Part shown: piece after piece, positions 1 through 12,785 of the stretch | Layout of the letters: each line of letters starts with the position of its first letter | How positions within the stretch are numbered: position 1 is the stretch's first letter | Origin: Octopus sinensis | Lineage: Eukaryota | DNA: 64,000 nt | Direction: 5' to 3' | NCBI RefSeq assembly: GCF_006345805.1 | Contig: NC_043020.1 | Location: 16,802,001-16,866,000 of the forward strand | Position numbers and translations under genes: made by a program | Notes under the pieces: model-generated | What the model was told of the DNA's origin: nothing | The model's database searches: none | Seen by the model: the letters and a program-made list of their open reading frames with translations, nothing else

Positions 1-270
1 TGTAAAAACGACAATGTATGTAAGTCGGTGTAAATACATTGCAGTATATGCATTTGCAAAAGAGAGGTAACTCTGGAAGAAATGTATCTTATTCAATGAA
101 AAATCCTTAAAATTAACTCCAGACTAAGTATCAAGAGCTACCTGCTCCAGTGACTAGAACTTGTGAAAGTATATACATAGATGTGTACACTCACACTGAC
201 ACACATCTGTTAGTTTATTTCCATCAAGGCCAAGGCTATGCTGAAACCCCACAACCCTTCTTCAAGTGTA

Positions 271-315
<45 letters not shown>

Positions 316-1241
316 GTGTATGTATGTACAGGTATTAGTTAGTGTGTCACAAGGTACTTTTCTGCTGTCACCATTATCCATCACCCCCATCCCTGACTCA
401 CCATCATATTGCTATCAAAAACACACCACACCTTCTCAATGCTTCTATACTTAGTATTTAGTTAGTTAACAGTAGTTAGTTGCTAGTAACACTTGGATGT
501 GCACATGGTCACCACTGGCTACTTATGTCTTATTTTTAGTGATTTTTTTTTTTAAATTCTTGGTCGTGTAACAAACTTTTTTTTGTATTTTCCTTGGTGG
601 TTGTTTATATTTTTTCTTTCCTACAAGTTTTTTTTTTCTGTTAGTTAGAGTTCTACATACAGCACGCTTATCAATTCTTAGTTTTGTTATGAACTCATGT
701 GTATCCAGTTACTGTTTTATGCAAAATTCTATATTCTAAAGCACCTTACTGTTACTTTTTTTTTTTCACTGGGGGAGGGAATTTAAATAAACCAAAAAAA
801 GCTAAAAAGTAATAATAAAGTAATGTTTGGTAAATTGTCAAACAGAATAATCATTAATTTTTTAAATCTATTAACCATCAATTAAGTTATTTTTTAAAAA
901 GTACATAATGTCCGTTTTTCTTTTCCTGGCAGGATTCATTTGTTTATTTATTAAAAATCGTTGACCAAAAAAATCCAATTTTGCTCTCTAAACTGTTGTC
1001 ACTATCTTTTGTTTTTAGATGTATGTATGTTTTATATACATGTGAATGGTGATATAATGTCTGCTATATAACTAATATGATTATGAAACAGCTGTAAGCT
1101 AAGGGAATAAACAACTATTCTCTCACTTCACTTATCTGTTTAACTTATATATAAATGTTTTTTATGTTCCTTTTACAGTGCTTTGGTGTATGAATATTCA
1201 TTATTTGTGGACTCGAAAAATTAATGTATATGACACACACA

Positions 1242-2126
1242 CAGAATGTTAGGCTAAATTTGATAGTTTGCATAAAAGGAAACGAAAATACAATATGCCA
1301 TCCAAAAGTAAAAATATTTTAAACAATCAAAAAATATTGAACAGATTATGACTGGGAAATAACAGCTTACTCTAAGTAGCTGCTCTCATCTTCAACCATG
1401 GCTCAAGATGGTTCTGGAACCTGATGCATGTATTTCTCACTTTGTCCATGGGATGATCTTCAAGCATCTCCTTGATCTTGACCACCAGCTCAGCCCTGGT
1501 GTTGCAGGCCGAGCAATTGGTATCATTCTCAACAGTGCATCACACATCATAACCCTTGGGATTACAACCAAGGGAATTATGAGGCCAGAAATTGAAGCAA
1601 CTGAAGTCATAGAAGTTCTCCAACAACCACTTCTGACTCTTTCCAGAGGTATAGCAAAGATCCAAATCCTGTTGCCAAAATATGGCCTTCCAATAACAAC
1701 TCTCTCCAGCCAGGATTTGACCACAGTCCCCTGCAGCTTCACTTAGTTGTCTAAATTGAGCCTAAGGCCCTGTCCAAATATGTGGGATGCATGATGTCAC
1801 CCTCTCTGGAGTCACATTCAAAGACCATCACAATTTGGGGGAACCTGGTTTTCATGATGTCCATATCACCTCTTGCAGCCTTTACAGTGTTCACAGAGCT
1901 TAGAGCAGCAGTCATGATGTTGGCATTTTGATACCAGGTGTGAATCATCATGATACAGGTAGCTCTCTTCCACTATTCTGATAGCTTCCAGTCCTCCATT
2001 TCAACTAACTTTTTCTCAACTACAACTTTAATCTTTATGCTCTCCAACTCCATTGACCAATTCATCAAGTTGTCCTTGAAAAAAAAAGGAGGCATAAAAG
2101 TCATCAAATTTAGCTGAAACACCCTG
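1242..2126 (-). mobile_element. Decayed, internally deleted Tc1/mariner transposon of the DD37D (maT) type
   Basis: Minus strand with frameshifts reads MKTRFPQIVMVF...GLRLN...VVKSWLERV..GRPY/WQQDLDLCYTSGKSQKWLLENFYDF...WPHNSLGCNPKGY. There are 37 residues between the QQD aspartate and the decayed third catalytic position. Degenerate TIRs cag..tgtt...gctaaatttgat at both ends. Confidence 0.85.
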
Positions 2127-3777
2127 CGTATATTTACCTTACATTGTCAAATAGTATATTCCTGGTTATGACATAACTGGTGAAAAATTTATTGATTTTG
2201 CCTGTATGTTGTCTTCCCTTTTTGCAGATGTGATAACAAAAAAAAATCTACAGGCATGGCCAAAATTCCTACAAGGGAGACAACTCTTTCCCTCTCAGAG
2301 AAGGGGGTTTTTTTATCACTTGTTTTCTTTTTCGCATTTATCAAGATTGTATATTTACCTCCAGCATTAAAGAGTCTATGTGCTTCTGGCCTGTAGGTCT
2401 GATGAGTTATCTGTATTGCCAAGTTTAAAATTGGGAAAGCAATGCTAACTTTCTGACCTATGATATGCTATAACCAAGAATATACTATTTTACTATTTGA
2501 TGATATAAAAGAAACCACACATTTCTTTTAAAGTGTGCTTTTTTTTTCTGATTTATGGACAATTGGCCAATAAATACATACATGCATACACACACACACA
2601 CACACAATGTTGTTGTTGAAGGCTGTATAATACAAAATATTCTTAATTAATTTAAATTTCCATTTCAGTTGCAAGAAAAATACAAAAACAAAAATTTTTT
2701 TAGCAATTATTATCAAAAGGTGGTGATAATTATGACTTCATCTTTAATAATTATGACTTCACCTTTGTTTAGCAAATGTCTTGATTTGGGTTTGTCTTGA
2801 AACTGAAGCATCTCCATCTTGGTAGAACCATTTAATAATAAAACACAAATGTTGTTAAATTCTAAGCTGAAACTTGTCCCATGAGATGAATTTCACAGCC
2901 TTATGCATTATTAACCATTGAAACTGGCCCTACCCAGTCCCAAATATTCGATCTGTTTTATGTTCAAACTGACCTGATCTGGCTTCTCACACTTATCCTA
3001 TAATGTCATTGTGAAATAAATATTACATTTAACTGAGTAATCTGAATGGAATACTAAAGTGTTAAATGGATCTTCCTGGGCTACATTATCTAATTCAGTG
3101 GTTCTTAATTTACATGCTTAAGGAAAATCCAGTTCTTGCTTACAGATATAGACAACATGTTTTGGTCTGTTCAACCTCATCAGTGATTATATTGTCTCTG
3201 AGGTCTGCTTTATTGGTTGATGAAGATTTTTACTTATAGAAGAAGCCATTGAATTTCACTTGTATACACTTGTATATAAAAGTCTTGTAAAGTCAGAAAG
3301 TCGTAATAAAATAAAAAGCTAGCATTCTATGAGCCTATGTTTTGAAATATGTATGTATTTATATTGCATGTATGTGTATTAACAAATAAGGTGGGAGTAA
3401 GATTTCACTTCATACTATAAAGTTTTATTAATTTATATTAAAGCTTTTGTTGCTTCTCCAAGGTTCATGTTTCTGTTTTCATTCACAGTGTAGGGAAACT
3501 TTCAAGAGCCAAAGAGAAAAACTTCTTTAAGTATATAAATCTGTGTGTGTGTGTGTGTGTGTGAAAGAGAGAGATAATCTACCTGTATTATCTTCAAATT
3601 GGCCAGATCCAGCCTTTCACACTTATCCTACTATATTATTCTAAAAATAAACAAGATAGCACATTAATTCAAACAATGTGATAAATAAGCATGACATTAG
3701 ACAGAAATCTGAGTGCTAAAGCATTAAAGGTATTCCAGCCTTGACCATACCATCTACTCTGGGCTACATTATATAAT

Positions 3778-4446
3778 TAGTGGTTCTCAACCAGTATCTA
3801 TATGACCCTTGGAATGTCCATATCAGATTTTGTTGTAAAAATGTATGTGCAAGAAATTGCTTATACTTCTCCAATACACAAAATATTTAAATGATGTTTT
3901 TTTATACAATTCCTAAAAAGTACAGGAGTGGCTGTGTAGAGGTGCAGGAGTGGCTGTGTGGTAAGTAGCTTGCTTACCAACCACATGGTTCCGGGTTCAG
4001 TCCCACTGTGTGGCACCTTGGACAAGTGTCTTCTACTATAGCCTCAGGCTGACCAAAGCCTTGTGAGTAGATTTGGTAGACGTAAACTGAAAGAAGCCCA
4101 TCGTACATATGTGTATATACATATATATATATATGTGTGTGTATGTTTGTGTGTCTGTGTTTGTCCCCCCAACATCGTTTGACAACTGATGCTGGTGTGT
4201 TTACATCCCCGTCACTTAGCGGTTTGGCAAAAGAGACCGATAGAATAAGTACTAGGCTTACAAAGAATAAGTCCTGGGGTCGATTTGCTCAACTAAAGGC
4301 GGTGCTCCAGCATGGCCGCAGTCAAATGACTGAAACAAGTAAAAGAGTATTTAATTATAAAAATGTAATGGTACGGCTATGAGGGTCTGCCTGAGTAAAA
4401 CGGGAATCAAAGGGGTCCATAGGCAAAAAATGGTAGAGAAACACTG
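3778..4446. mobile_element. hAT-type MITE interrupted by a SINE (3941-4347)
   Basis: Ends tagtggttctcaacc / ggtagagaaacactg; body similar to the intact copy at 24194-24449. Confidence 0.7.
3941..4347 (+). mobile_element. Full-length tRNA-derived SINE, family A (octopus OK-like); partial head duplicate at 3921-3938
   Basis: A-box-like tggctgtgtggtaag and B-box-like gggttcagtccc; CORE-like ccttggacaagtgtctt; internal (TA/TG)n. Same family at 8066-8220, 9524-9678, 12868-13126, 29945-30100, 38725-38827(-), 50251-50614(-), 63710-64000(-). Confidence 0.85.
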
Positions 4447-5042
4447 ATCTAATGCATCTTTTTCATTTTAAAGATGACAATATAATATCTATTTCTAGTA
4501 AGTTGACTAACCACATAGCAACTCCCTCATTAGCTCATAATTAGCTTTGTTTGTATGGCAGACAGGTCTGACCAGTTAAAGCCAGATTTGAATTTAATAA
4601 TTGTTTTTAACATAGGTGCAGAGCCAGAAGTTTGGCAGGGCGGGGTAGGAGAACAGTTAATTATATTAACCTTAGCTCTTGGCTGATATTTTATTTTTTT
4701 TACCCCTAGAATGATGAAAGGCAAACATGAGCTCAGTAAGATTTGAAAGTAGAGTGTAAAGAGCTGGAATGAATTCTGCAAAGCATTTCTTTCCAACTCT
4801 TCAACAATTCTGTTGATTCCCCAAATGGTAATCAAACCAAGAATAAAGAGTGGAATTGCTTGAGAAATGGTTTGTTTACCAATGTTCTGTTGATGCTAAA
4901 CTGTAACTTACAAGAGTATATGTGTTACAGATTATATTATTTGGAAAATTAGACAAATTAACCTTATATTCCACTGATGGAAGAGAATGAGTAAAGAGAT
5001 TAAAAGACTTAGGAACCTATTTTCCAAAGTCCTAATAAATAG

Positions 5043-5084
<42 letters not shown>

Positions 5085-6369
5085 CGCTCACACATACATT
5101 CATATACTTGTACAAACACACACGTCTTTGCATACACAAGTAAACACCCACATATATACACACACATACATCTGCAACTAACAGTCAAACTCATACTCTC
5201 ACAAGTGCATGCATACTTGCACGCACAAACACGAGTGTTAACATTCTTCATTCTATATTAGCAGTTTTATTCTCTCATACATTCAAAAGATATATTTGTG
5301 TTTATAATTATATTTACTTCTGACAAGCAAAATCTAATTTTCCTATTAAAGAAAAACATTTCCCATCAAATTATCTCCAACTTATTACATTCCAGCTGTA
5401 CTTAATTCCACTCGCCTTTTACTTTTATCATCCTACAGTAAGTCGACTTGGCTATGGCTTCATTGTTTTTCTTTTTCTTTGTTAAACAAACCTCAACCCT
5501 TTCATGGCTGTATTTCCAATGAAATACGCTGCTTTTATGTTTCTATCAGTTTTGAAAACAATCAAGGCATTTAGTAAAATAACGTTCTTTTTCATTGATT
5601 TCTATATTAAGCTAGTACTAATAAAAGCTTCTTAAAAGAAAAAAAGAAATCATCGTGGAATGTTTTCAGCTTTGCATCATAGAACCAGAGGTAGTCTCGA
5701 GTGGGTTGGCACCAAAGGGTTGAGAATAACAATTTGAACTCTATGACTTCCAGACATTTAATGAAAGTTTTTTTTCTTCTTAACTTGTAAGCTCAGTGTT
5801 TTTTTTTTAAGGGTATAATGAGGATAATAAACAAAATTTTCTTTTTCAATGAATTACCTAAATTTGTAATGTATTAAATTATTGTTTTCTAAATAACAAG
5901 ATAAAAAAAAATGCTGCCTCTTATTTTCCATTTAATTGATAAACTATCTGTTGTGTTATACTCTGTTTATTTCGAAACACAATAACAAACTTTTATCTTA
6001 TAAAACAGAAGATATTCTTAGCTAGACTGACTTGGATATATGTGTGTGTATGGTCATGTAAACAATTAGGTCTAATTACAAATTGGAACTAATTTATAAA
6101 TTGCAGACTCTTAAACTGAATCACCTTCCACTGTTTACCAATTTATTTATTCCACATTTTTTTGTGTATTAATGTTATGAAGTTTGTTGAGATAATTGAC
6201 ATTTCTCACTTGGAATGTCTTCTTTAATATCCTAACAGAAAGAAATCTCTGTATAGTGCCATATATGACCTCCACCTATAAACAGAGAGGCTTGTAGATT
6301 ATCTACCAAGGATGTGGCACAAGTGAATAGAAGGGTTCAGTTTTTAGTAGCATATCTGTTAATAATAAT

Positions 6370-6853
6370 TCTTCATACTGAAGGCACAAGTCCTGAAATT
6401 TGGTGAGACAGGATTAGTTGATTACATCGACTCCCAACCCCACCAGTGTTTCACTGGTACTTAATCTATTGACCACAAAAGGATGAAAGACAAAGTTGAC
6501 CTCAGCAGTATTTGAACTCAGAACATAAAGCAGACAAAATATCACTAAGCATTTTTGCTTGGTATGCTAATAATTCTGCCAGCTCACCACCTTAGTTATA
6601 ATAATAATAATAATAATAACAACAACAACAACAATGATTATAATTTCAAATTTTGGCTCAAGGCTTGCAATTTCTGGGAAGGGTAAGTTGATTATATCAA
6701 CCCCAGTACTCAACTGGTACTTATTTTATTGACTCCCAAAAATGATAAAAGGCAAAGTCAACCTCAACTAAATATGAAACCGAAACATGAAGGCTGATGA
6801 AATGCCATTAAGCATTTACTTGGCATGCTAACAATTCCTGCCAGCATGCCACC

Positions 6854-6894
<41 letters not shown>

Positions 6895-7364
6895 CCTTTC
6901 TACTAAAGGCACAAGGCCTGAAATTTGCAGAGGAGGGGACTAGTCGATTACATGAACCCCAGTGTTTCACTGGTACTTAACTTATAAACCTTGAAAGGAT
7001 GAAAGGCAAAGTCAACCTCGGCAGAATTTGAACTCAGAATGTAACAACCTGCGAAAAATCGCTAAACATTTCATCCAATGTGCTAACAATTCTGCCAGCT
7101 TGCCACCTTTATAATAATAATAATTAATAATAATAATAATAATAATGGTAATCCTGTCTACAATAGGCTCAAGGCCTGAAATTTGGGGGAGGTAGATAGT
7201 CGATTACATCAACCCCAGTACTCAAATGGTACTTATTTTATCAATCCAGAATGGATGAAAGGCAAAGTTGACCTTGGTGGAATTTGAACTCAGAATTTAA
7301 GAACAGACGAAATTCCGCTGAGCATTTTGCCCAGTGTGCTAACTATTCTGCCAGCTTGCCACCT
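6370..7364 (-). mobile_element. Train of four head-to-tail SINEs (family D) separated by (AAT)n
   Basis: Copies at about 6370-6593, 6644-6855, 6895-7109 and 7151-7364, each the reverse complement of aaggcggcgagctggcagaa...gagttcaaattc...gtagaaagg. Plus-strand copies at 26362-26577, 30942-31162, 31225-31416, 43743-43956, 45022-45125, 55022-55165, 61010-61222, 61957-62100, 62557-62767; minus copy at 24810-24970. Confidence 0.85.
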
Positions 7365-8321
7365 GGAATACTAATAATAATTGTTTATTTTCTTTTTATA
7401 GATATAATAAAAAAATTATTATTTCTGATTTAGGCTAAGGAAAATGCATGCACAAATAATGCATAATTTAATTCAAAACAATGTGAATAGATAAGTATTA
7501 CATTTGACAGGGTAATCTAAATGCTAAAATTGGTGTACCTCAATTCCGGTTTCACTGGATCCTGTAAGCCTGGTAGTGTTTCTCTTCTTCCCCAAGATAT
7601 GAGCACAACTTTGCCTCAAAATGCTCATCCACCTTTGATAGGTTTTGCTTTTTAATACTGTGGGGTGGCCACATCAATAGGAGGGTCAGTTAAGAAGCCA
7701 ACCACTTGACTATGAAGTGACAGGTTATAGGTTTTCATCAGCCTGTTATGAATTTGGTTCCCCACCTGATAATCATTTTGCAGACCCCAAAAGAGGACAA
7801 GTTAAACTGGTTTAAAATCAGAACATTAAGGGGTTTAACTAAAACAAAATACCACCTGGCATAAAGTCTAATACTAATTCTTAATCACTTCTTCATTTTA
7901 CACAGAAGGTATTTGATGAAACAAAAGAGATAGAGTTTACTTTCAGACAACATCATCATCATCAACATCATTTAATGTCTGCTTTCCATGGACAGTTTGA
8001 TAGGAGCTGCCCAAGCTCCTGTTGTCTGTTTTGGCATCGTTTCTAAAGCTTCTTAACACCAACCATAGGCGTAGGAGTGGCTGTGTGGTAAGTAGCTTGC
8101 TTTACCAACCACATGGTTCTGGGTTCAGTCCCACTGCATGGCACCTTGGACAAGTGTCTTCTACTATAGCCTTGGGCTGACCAAAGTCTTGTGAGTGGAT
8201 TTGGTAGATGGAAACTGAAACGTAGCAACAGATGAGTTACTGCTAAGCATTTCACCTGGCATGCTAATAATTCTGCCAGTTCACTGACCTGATAATGATG
8301 ATGATGACAATAATAATAATA

Positions 8322-8352
<31 letters not shown>

Positions 8353-9790
8353 CCTTTCTACTAAAGGCACAAGGCCTGAAATTTGCAGAGGAGGGGACTA
8401 GTCGATTACATGAACCCCAGTGTTTCACTGGTACTTAACTTATAAACCTTGAAAGGATGAAAGGCAAAGTCAACCTCGGCAGAATTTGAACTCAGAATGT
8501 AACAACCTGCGAAAAATCGCTAAACATTTCATCCAATGTGCTAACAATTCTGCCAGCTTGCCACCTTTATAATAATAATAATTAATAATAATAATAATAA
8601 TAATGGTAATCCTGTCTACAATAGGCTCAAGGCCTGAAATTTGGGGGAGGTAGATAGTCGATTACATCAACCCCAGTACTCAAATGGTACTTATTTTATC
8701 AATCCAGAATGGATGAAAGGCAAAGTTGACCTTGGTGGAATTTGAACTCAGAATTTAAGAACAGACGAAATTCCGCTGAGCATTTTGCCCAGTGTGCTAA
8801 CTATTCTGCCAGCTTGCCACCTGGAATACTAATAATAATTGTTTATTTTCTTTTTATAGATATAATAAAAAAATTATTATTTCTGATTTAGGCTAAGGAA
8901 AATGCATGCACAAATAATGCATAATTTAATTCAAAACAATGTGAATAGATAAGTATTACATTTGACAGGGTAATCTAAATGCTAAAATTGGTGTACCTCA
9001 ATTCCGGTTTCACTGGATCCTGTAAGCCTGGTAGTGTTTCTCTTCTTCCCCAAGATATGAGCACAACTTTGCCTCAAAATGCTCATCCACCTTTGATAGG
9101 TTTTGCTTTTTAATACTGTGGGGTGGCCACATCAATAGGAGGGTCAGTTAAGAAGCCAACCACTTGACTATGAAGTGACAGGTTATAGGTTTTCATCAGC
9201 CTGTTATGAATTTGGTTCCCCACCTGATAATCATTTTGCAGACCCCAAAAGAGGACAAGTTAAACTGGTTTAAAATCAGAACATTAAGGGGTTTAACTAA
9301 AACAAAATACCACCTGGCATAAAGTCTAATACTAATTCTTAATCACTTCTTCATTTTACACAGAAGGTATTTGATGAAACAAAAGAGATAGAGTTTACTT
9401 TCAGACAACATCATCATCATCAACATCATTTAATGTCTGCTTTCCATGGACAGTTTGATAGGAGCTGCCCAAGCTCCTGTTGTCTGTTTTGGCATCGTTT
9501 CTAAAGCTTCTTAACACCAACCATAGGCGTAGGAGTGGCTGTGTGGTAAGTAGCTTGCTTTACCAACCACATGGTTCTGGGTTCAGTCCCACTGCATGGC
9601 ACCTTGGACAAGTGTCTTCTACTATAGCCTTGGGCTGACCAAAGTCTTGTGAGTGGATTTGGTAGATGGAAACTGAAACGTAGCAACAGATGAGTTACTG
9701 CTAAGCATTTCACCTGGCATGCTAATAATTCTGCCAGTTCACTGACCTGATAATGATGATGATGACAATAATAATAATAATAATAATAAT
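6895..9790. repeat. Direct tandem duplication, unit 1458 bp
   Basis: cctttctactaaagg occurs at 6895 and 8353; identical track ORFs end at 8043 and 9501 (offset 1458); boundaries lie in (AAT)n tracts. Confidence 0.95.
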
Positions 9791-10206
9791 GACAATCAGT
9801 AATGGCATATATCATGCTGGTATCTATTTTGTATTTGGTTATCATGAAATAATATATATTTGTATTGTAAAGTATCAGCTTAACCTCACAACCAATATAC
9901 TATGCACGTGTGAATGCACACACACACACACAATTCATTTTATTGTTGATTTCTTTTTTAATGTATTTTTTTTTCCCCAAGTCTGAATTACATTATTATG
10001 CTAAAATAGATTTCTGTTTTCAGTTTTATACAATTACATTTTCTGTTATCTGTAATTTACAACTAAACAAGGAGAAATGTTATAGAAATTTTTTTGCAAT
10101 AATGTGATAGTTTTCATCTTAATTTAGTCCAGTAAATTCTCTCTCACTCTCAGAGAATCTCAGCAAAATTAATTATTTGATTATTTCTAGTGTTTACTCA
10201 TCGTTT

Positions 10207-10237
10207 GTGTATGTGTGTGTGTGTATATATCTATATG

Positions 10238-10270
<33 letters not shown>

Positions 10271-10590
10271 ATGTGCGTTTATATATATATATGTGTGTTG
10301 TATGTATATGTATGTATACATATGTGTGTGTGTGTGTATATATATCTATGTGTATATATATATATATGTGTGTGTATGTGTATTTATATATATATATGTA
10401 TATGTGTGTTTATATATGTATATGTGTGTGTGTGTGTTTATATATATATATATGTATATGTGTGTGTTTATATATGTATATGTGTGTGTGTGTTTATATA
10501 TATATATGTATATATGTGTGTTTATATATATATGTATACATATATATATATATGTGTGTGTTTGTGTGTATGTATATGTATATATGTATG
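10207..10590. repeat. Compound (TA)n/(TG)n microsatellite
   Basis: Direct reading; source of spurious YI/CV ORFs. Confidence 0.95.
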
Positions 10591-10671
10591 AAAATATTGA
10601 CTGTAAATCCAGCTGCAGCAGATCTAAATCTTTATCTCTCTAATTTACATGTTATCATTCTACACGGACAG

Positions 10672-10836
10672 GTTACAAAAAGGGCCTGTCTGATGCGAGG
10701 CTGGCAGACCATTGGTCCACGTCAGTGCTGCTGGTTATGTCCAACCGACAGGTTGCCAGCCATTGCTTTAAAACCATCCAATGAACCTCATGAAAACAAT
10801 CATACTTCTCTAGATTTAGACTCATCATATGGTATG
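10672..10836 (+). CDS. Candidate 165-nt symmetric (phase 0 to 0) exon resembling exon 17363-17508
   Basis: ctaat branch-like site, gacag|GTT acceptor, ATG|gtaaga donor; 55 open codons ending TSLDLDSSYGM; could be intronic coincidence. Confidence 0.25.
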
Positions 10837-11224
10837 GTAAGACCAAAGTGCACCTTATGAAAAATAAAACCCCCACCATATCAGAATCCTCCTCCGAATA
10901 ATATCTTTTACATCCCTTCCTTATTTAAGTAACCCGGTATCACTTGGAGTAGATGTCTTTCCCTGTAGTTTCAACCATTAGGAATGGTTATAAAATTATT
11001 CTAATCTAAATCTCAATGTTATTTCATCCCAGAAATTTGCAATTAGAACCATTATAGTAGAAAATGATCTAGCAATTTAGTAGCTATTTTATAATAGTTT
11101 CTAATGGTGTTTAATCCAGCTGTGATAGTAGTTGTAGTAATAGTAGTAGTAGTAGTAGCAGCACAATAGATATAGCTAATATGTATATATGTATACACAC
11201 AAACACACACACATGTTGTAAGTA

Positions 11225-11430
11225 CATAGTTTTCCCACTTGTCATCTTAAAAAGAATGCTGAGGACTGTGGACTTCACCCAACCATCTCTGAAACAGACC
11301 AACTTCCAAGTAGGTTTCTATACAATTAATCATTTCCCTGTAGTAAACTGGCTTAAAAGACAGGTTAAAGGAATACAATATTCAACTGTTCCTTGTATTC
11401 ATGGATTGCAAGAAAGCTTTTAATAGCATC
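11225..11430 (+). mobile_element. Small decayed RTE-type reverse transcriptase fragment
   Basis: RMLRTVDFTQPSLKQTNFQVGFYTINH..VVN, frameshift, KEYNIQLFLVFMDCKKAFNSI resembles RT motifs QP.EQAGFR.G.STIDH and KEYN.PL.LAFVDYEKAFDS. Confidence 0.65.
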
Positions 11431-11568
11431 AGATTCTAGCTAAGCATATAACCCAAGCACTTGAAAATCAGAGTGTAGATCAAATGTATATATATGTGTG
11501 TGTATGTATATATATATTTATATATATATATATATGCACATAGGCTTGAAAAGGCTGTGGCCATACTG

Positions 11569-11768
11569 GAGTACCACCAGTGCAATCCCCTTTCCAATGG
11601 CCATTCTTATGCAACTGACCTTCAGTGAAGAAGGAAGTTCAACACTGCTGCCCTCTTTTGAGTTTCTTGCTGAGATATAAGTTCATCTGGGACCTTGGAT
11701 AGCGGAAGGTCAAGTTGTTTCTTGACAACATCTAGCCTACTCCATGAAGATCCCTCAAATATTTTTGC

Positions 11769-11808
<40 letters not shown>

Positions 11809-11813
11809 AACTA

Positions 11814-11856
<43 letters not shown>

Positions 11857-11870
11857 TATATATATGTATG

Positions 11871-11903
<33 letters not shown>

Positions 11904-11922
11904 ATATATGTATATATATATG

Positions 11923-11961
<39 letters not shown>

Positions 11962-12078
11962 ATATATATGTATGTATATATATATATATATGTATGTATA
12001 TATATATATATATGTATGTATATATATATATATGTATGTATATATGTATGTATATATATATATATTATGCACATAGTT

Positions 12079-12132
<54 letters not shown>

Positions 12133-12332
12133 GCAAAAATATTTGAGGGATCTTCATGGAGTAGGGTAGATGTTGTCAAGAAACAACTTGACCTTCCGCT
12201 ATCCAAGGTCCCAGATGAACTTATATCTCAGCAAGAAACTCAAAAGAGGGCAGCAGTGTTGAACTTCCTTCTTCACTGAAGGTCAGTTGCATAAGAATGG
12301 CCATTGGAAAGGGGATTGCACTGGTGGTACTC
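11569..12332. repeat. Near-perfect inverted repeat around a TA-rich microsatellite core
   Basis: 11569-11771 is the reverse complement of 12130-12332 with 1 mismatch in 203 bp; arms continue through (TA)n and tggaactatgtgcat (11806-11820 vs 12067-12081). Confidence 0.95.
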
Positions 12333-12610
12333 ATGGGCCCAGTTTCCTGATTTCTATGGCGTATGTGTTCTCCCCAGCTGGACGGGATGCCAGTCCATCG
12401 CAGCGTTACTCAAGAAACAGGAAGAAAAAGTGAGCGAAAGTTGGAGTGAAAGAGTACAACAGGGGTCGCTACCACCTCCTACCAGAGCCTTGTGGAGCTT
12501 TTAGGTGTTTTCACTCAATAAACACACACAACACCCGGTCTGAGAATCAAAACCACGATCCTCCGACCGCGAGACCGCTGCCCTAACCACTGGACCATTG
12601 CACCTCCACA
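12333..12610 (-). mobile_element. tRNA-derived SINE (family C), 3' end truncated at the palindrome boundary
   Basis: Reverse complement starts tgtggaggtgcaatggtccagtggttagggcagcgg (tRNA-like head) and contains gcgatggactggcatcccgtccag; related copy at about 44225-44418(-). Confidence 0.8.
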
Positions 12611-12785
12611 TGTTAAATCTTTATGGCAGTTAATTACTAAAGACAGTCTGAACCTTGGCTGATCACACAAATGTCCATCTCCTTCTTTTACTAACAAAGA
12701 TCTTTTCTTTGAAAAATGTGTTTAAATTTTTTTTTAAATTGTAAATATTTTACTTGTGAGAGCAAAAACAATGATCCCTCTCAAT

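Noticed and set aside
2228-2290. Strong acceptor ttttgcag|ATG at 2228
   Set aside because: ATG TGA stops at once in phase 0; another frame (AWPKFLQGR) looks like a tiny mariner HTH remnant next to the maT element
3050-3790. Repeated junction ctgggctacattat[ca]taatt-agtggttct at about 3078 and 3760
   Set aside because: Likely an old local duplication of adjacent MITE ends; too short and diverged to define boundaries
3941-4020. tRNA-like sequences with A/B boxes at many positions
   Set aside because: They are heads of multi-copy SINEs followed by SINE bodies; no complete cloverleaf was seen, so they are not called tRNA genes
10177-12279. Long YI/CV-rich ORFs in the track (also 150-454, 38226-38759, 40470-41034, 47743-48177)
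   Set aside because: They are translations of (TA)n, (TG)n and (ATT)n microsatellites, which lack stops in some frames; not genes
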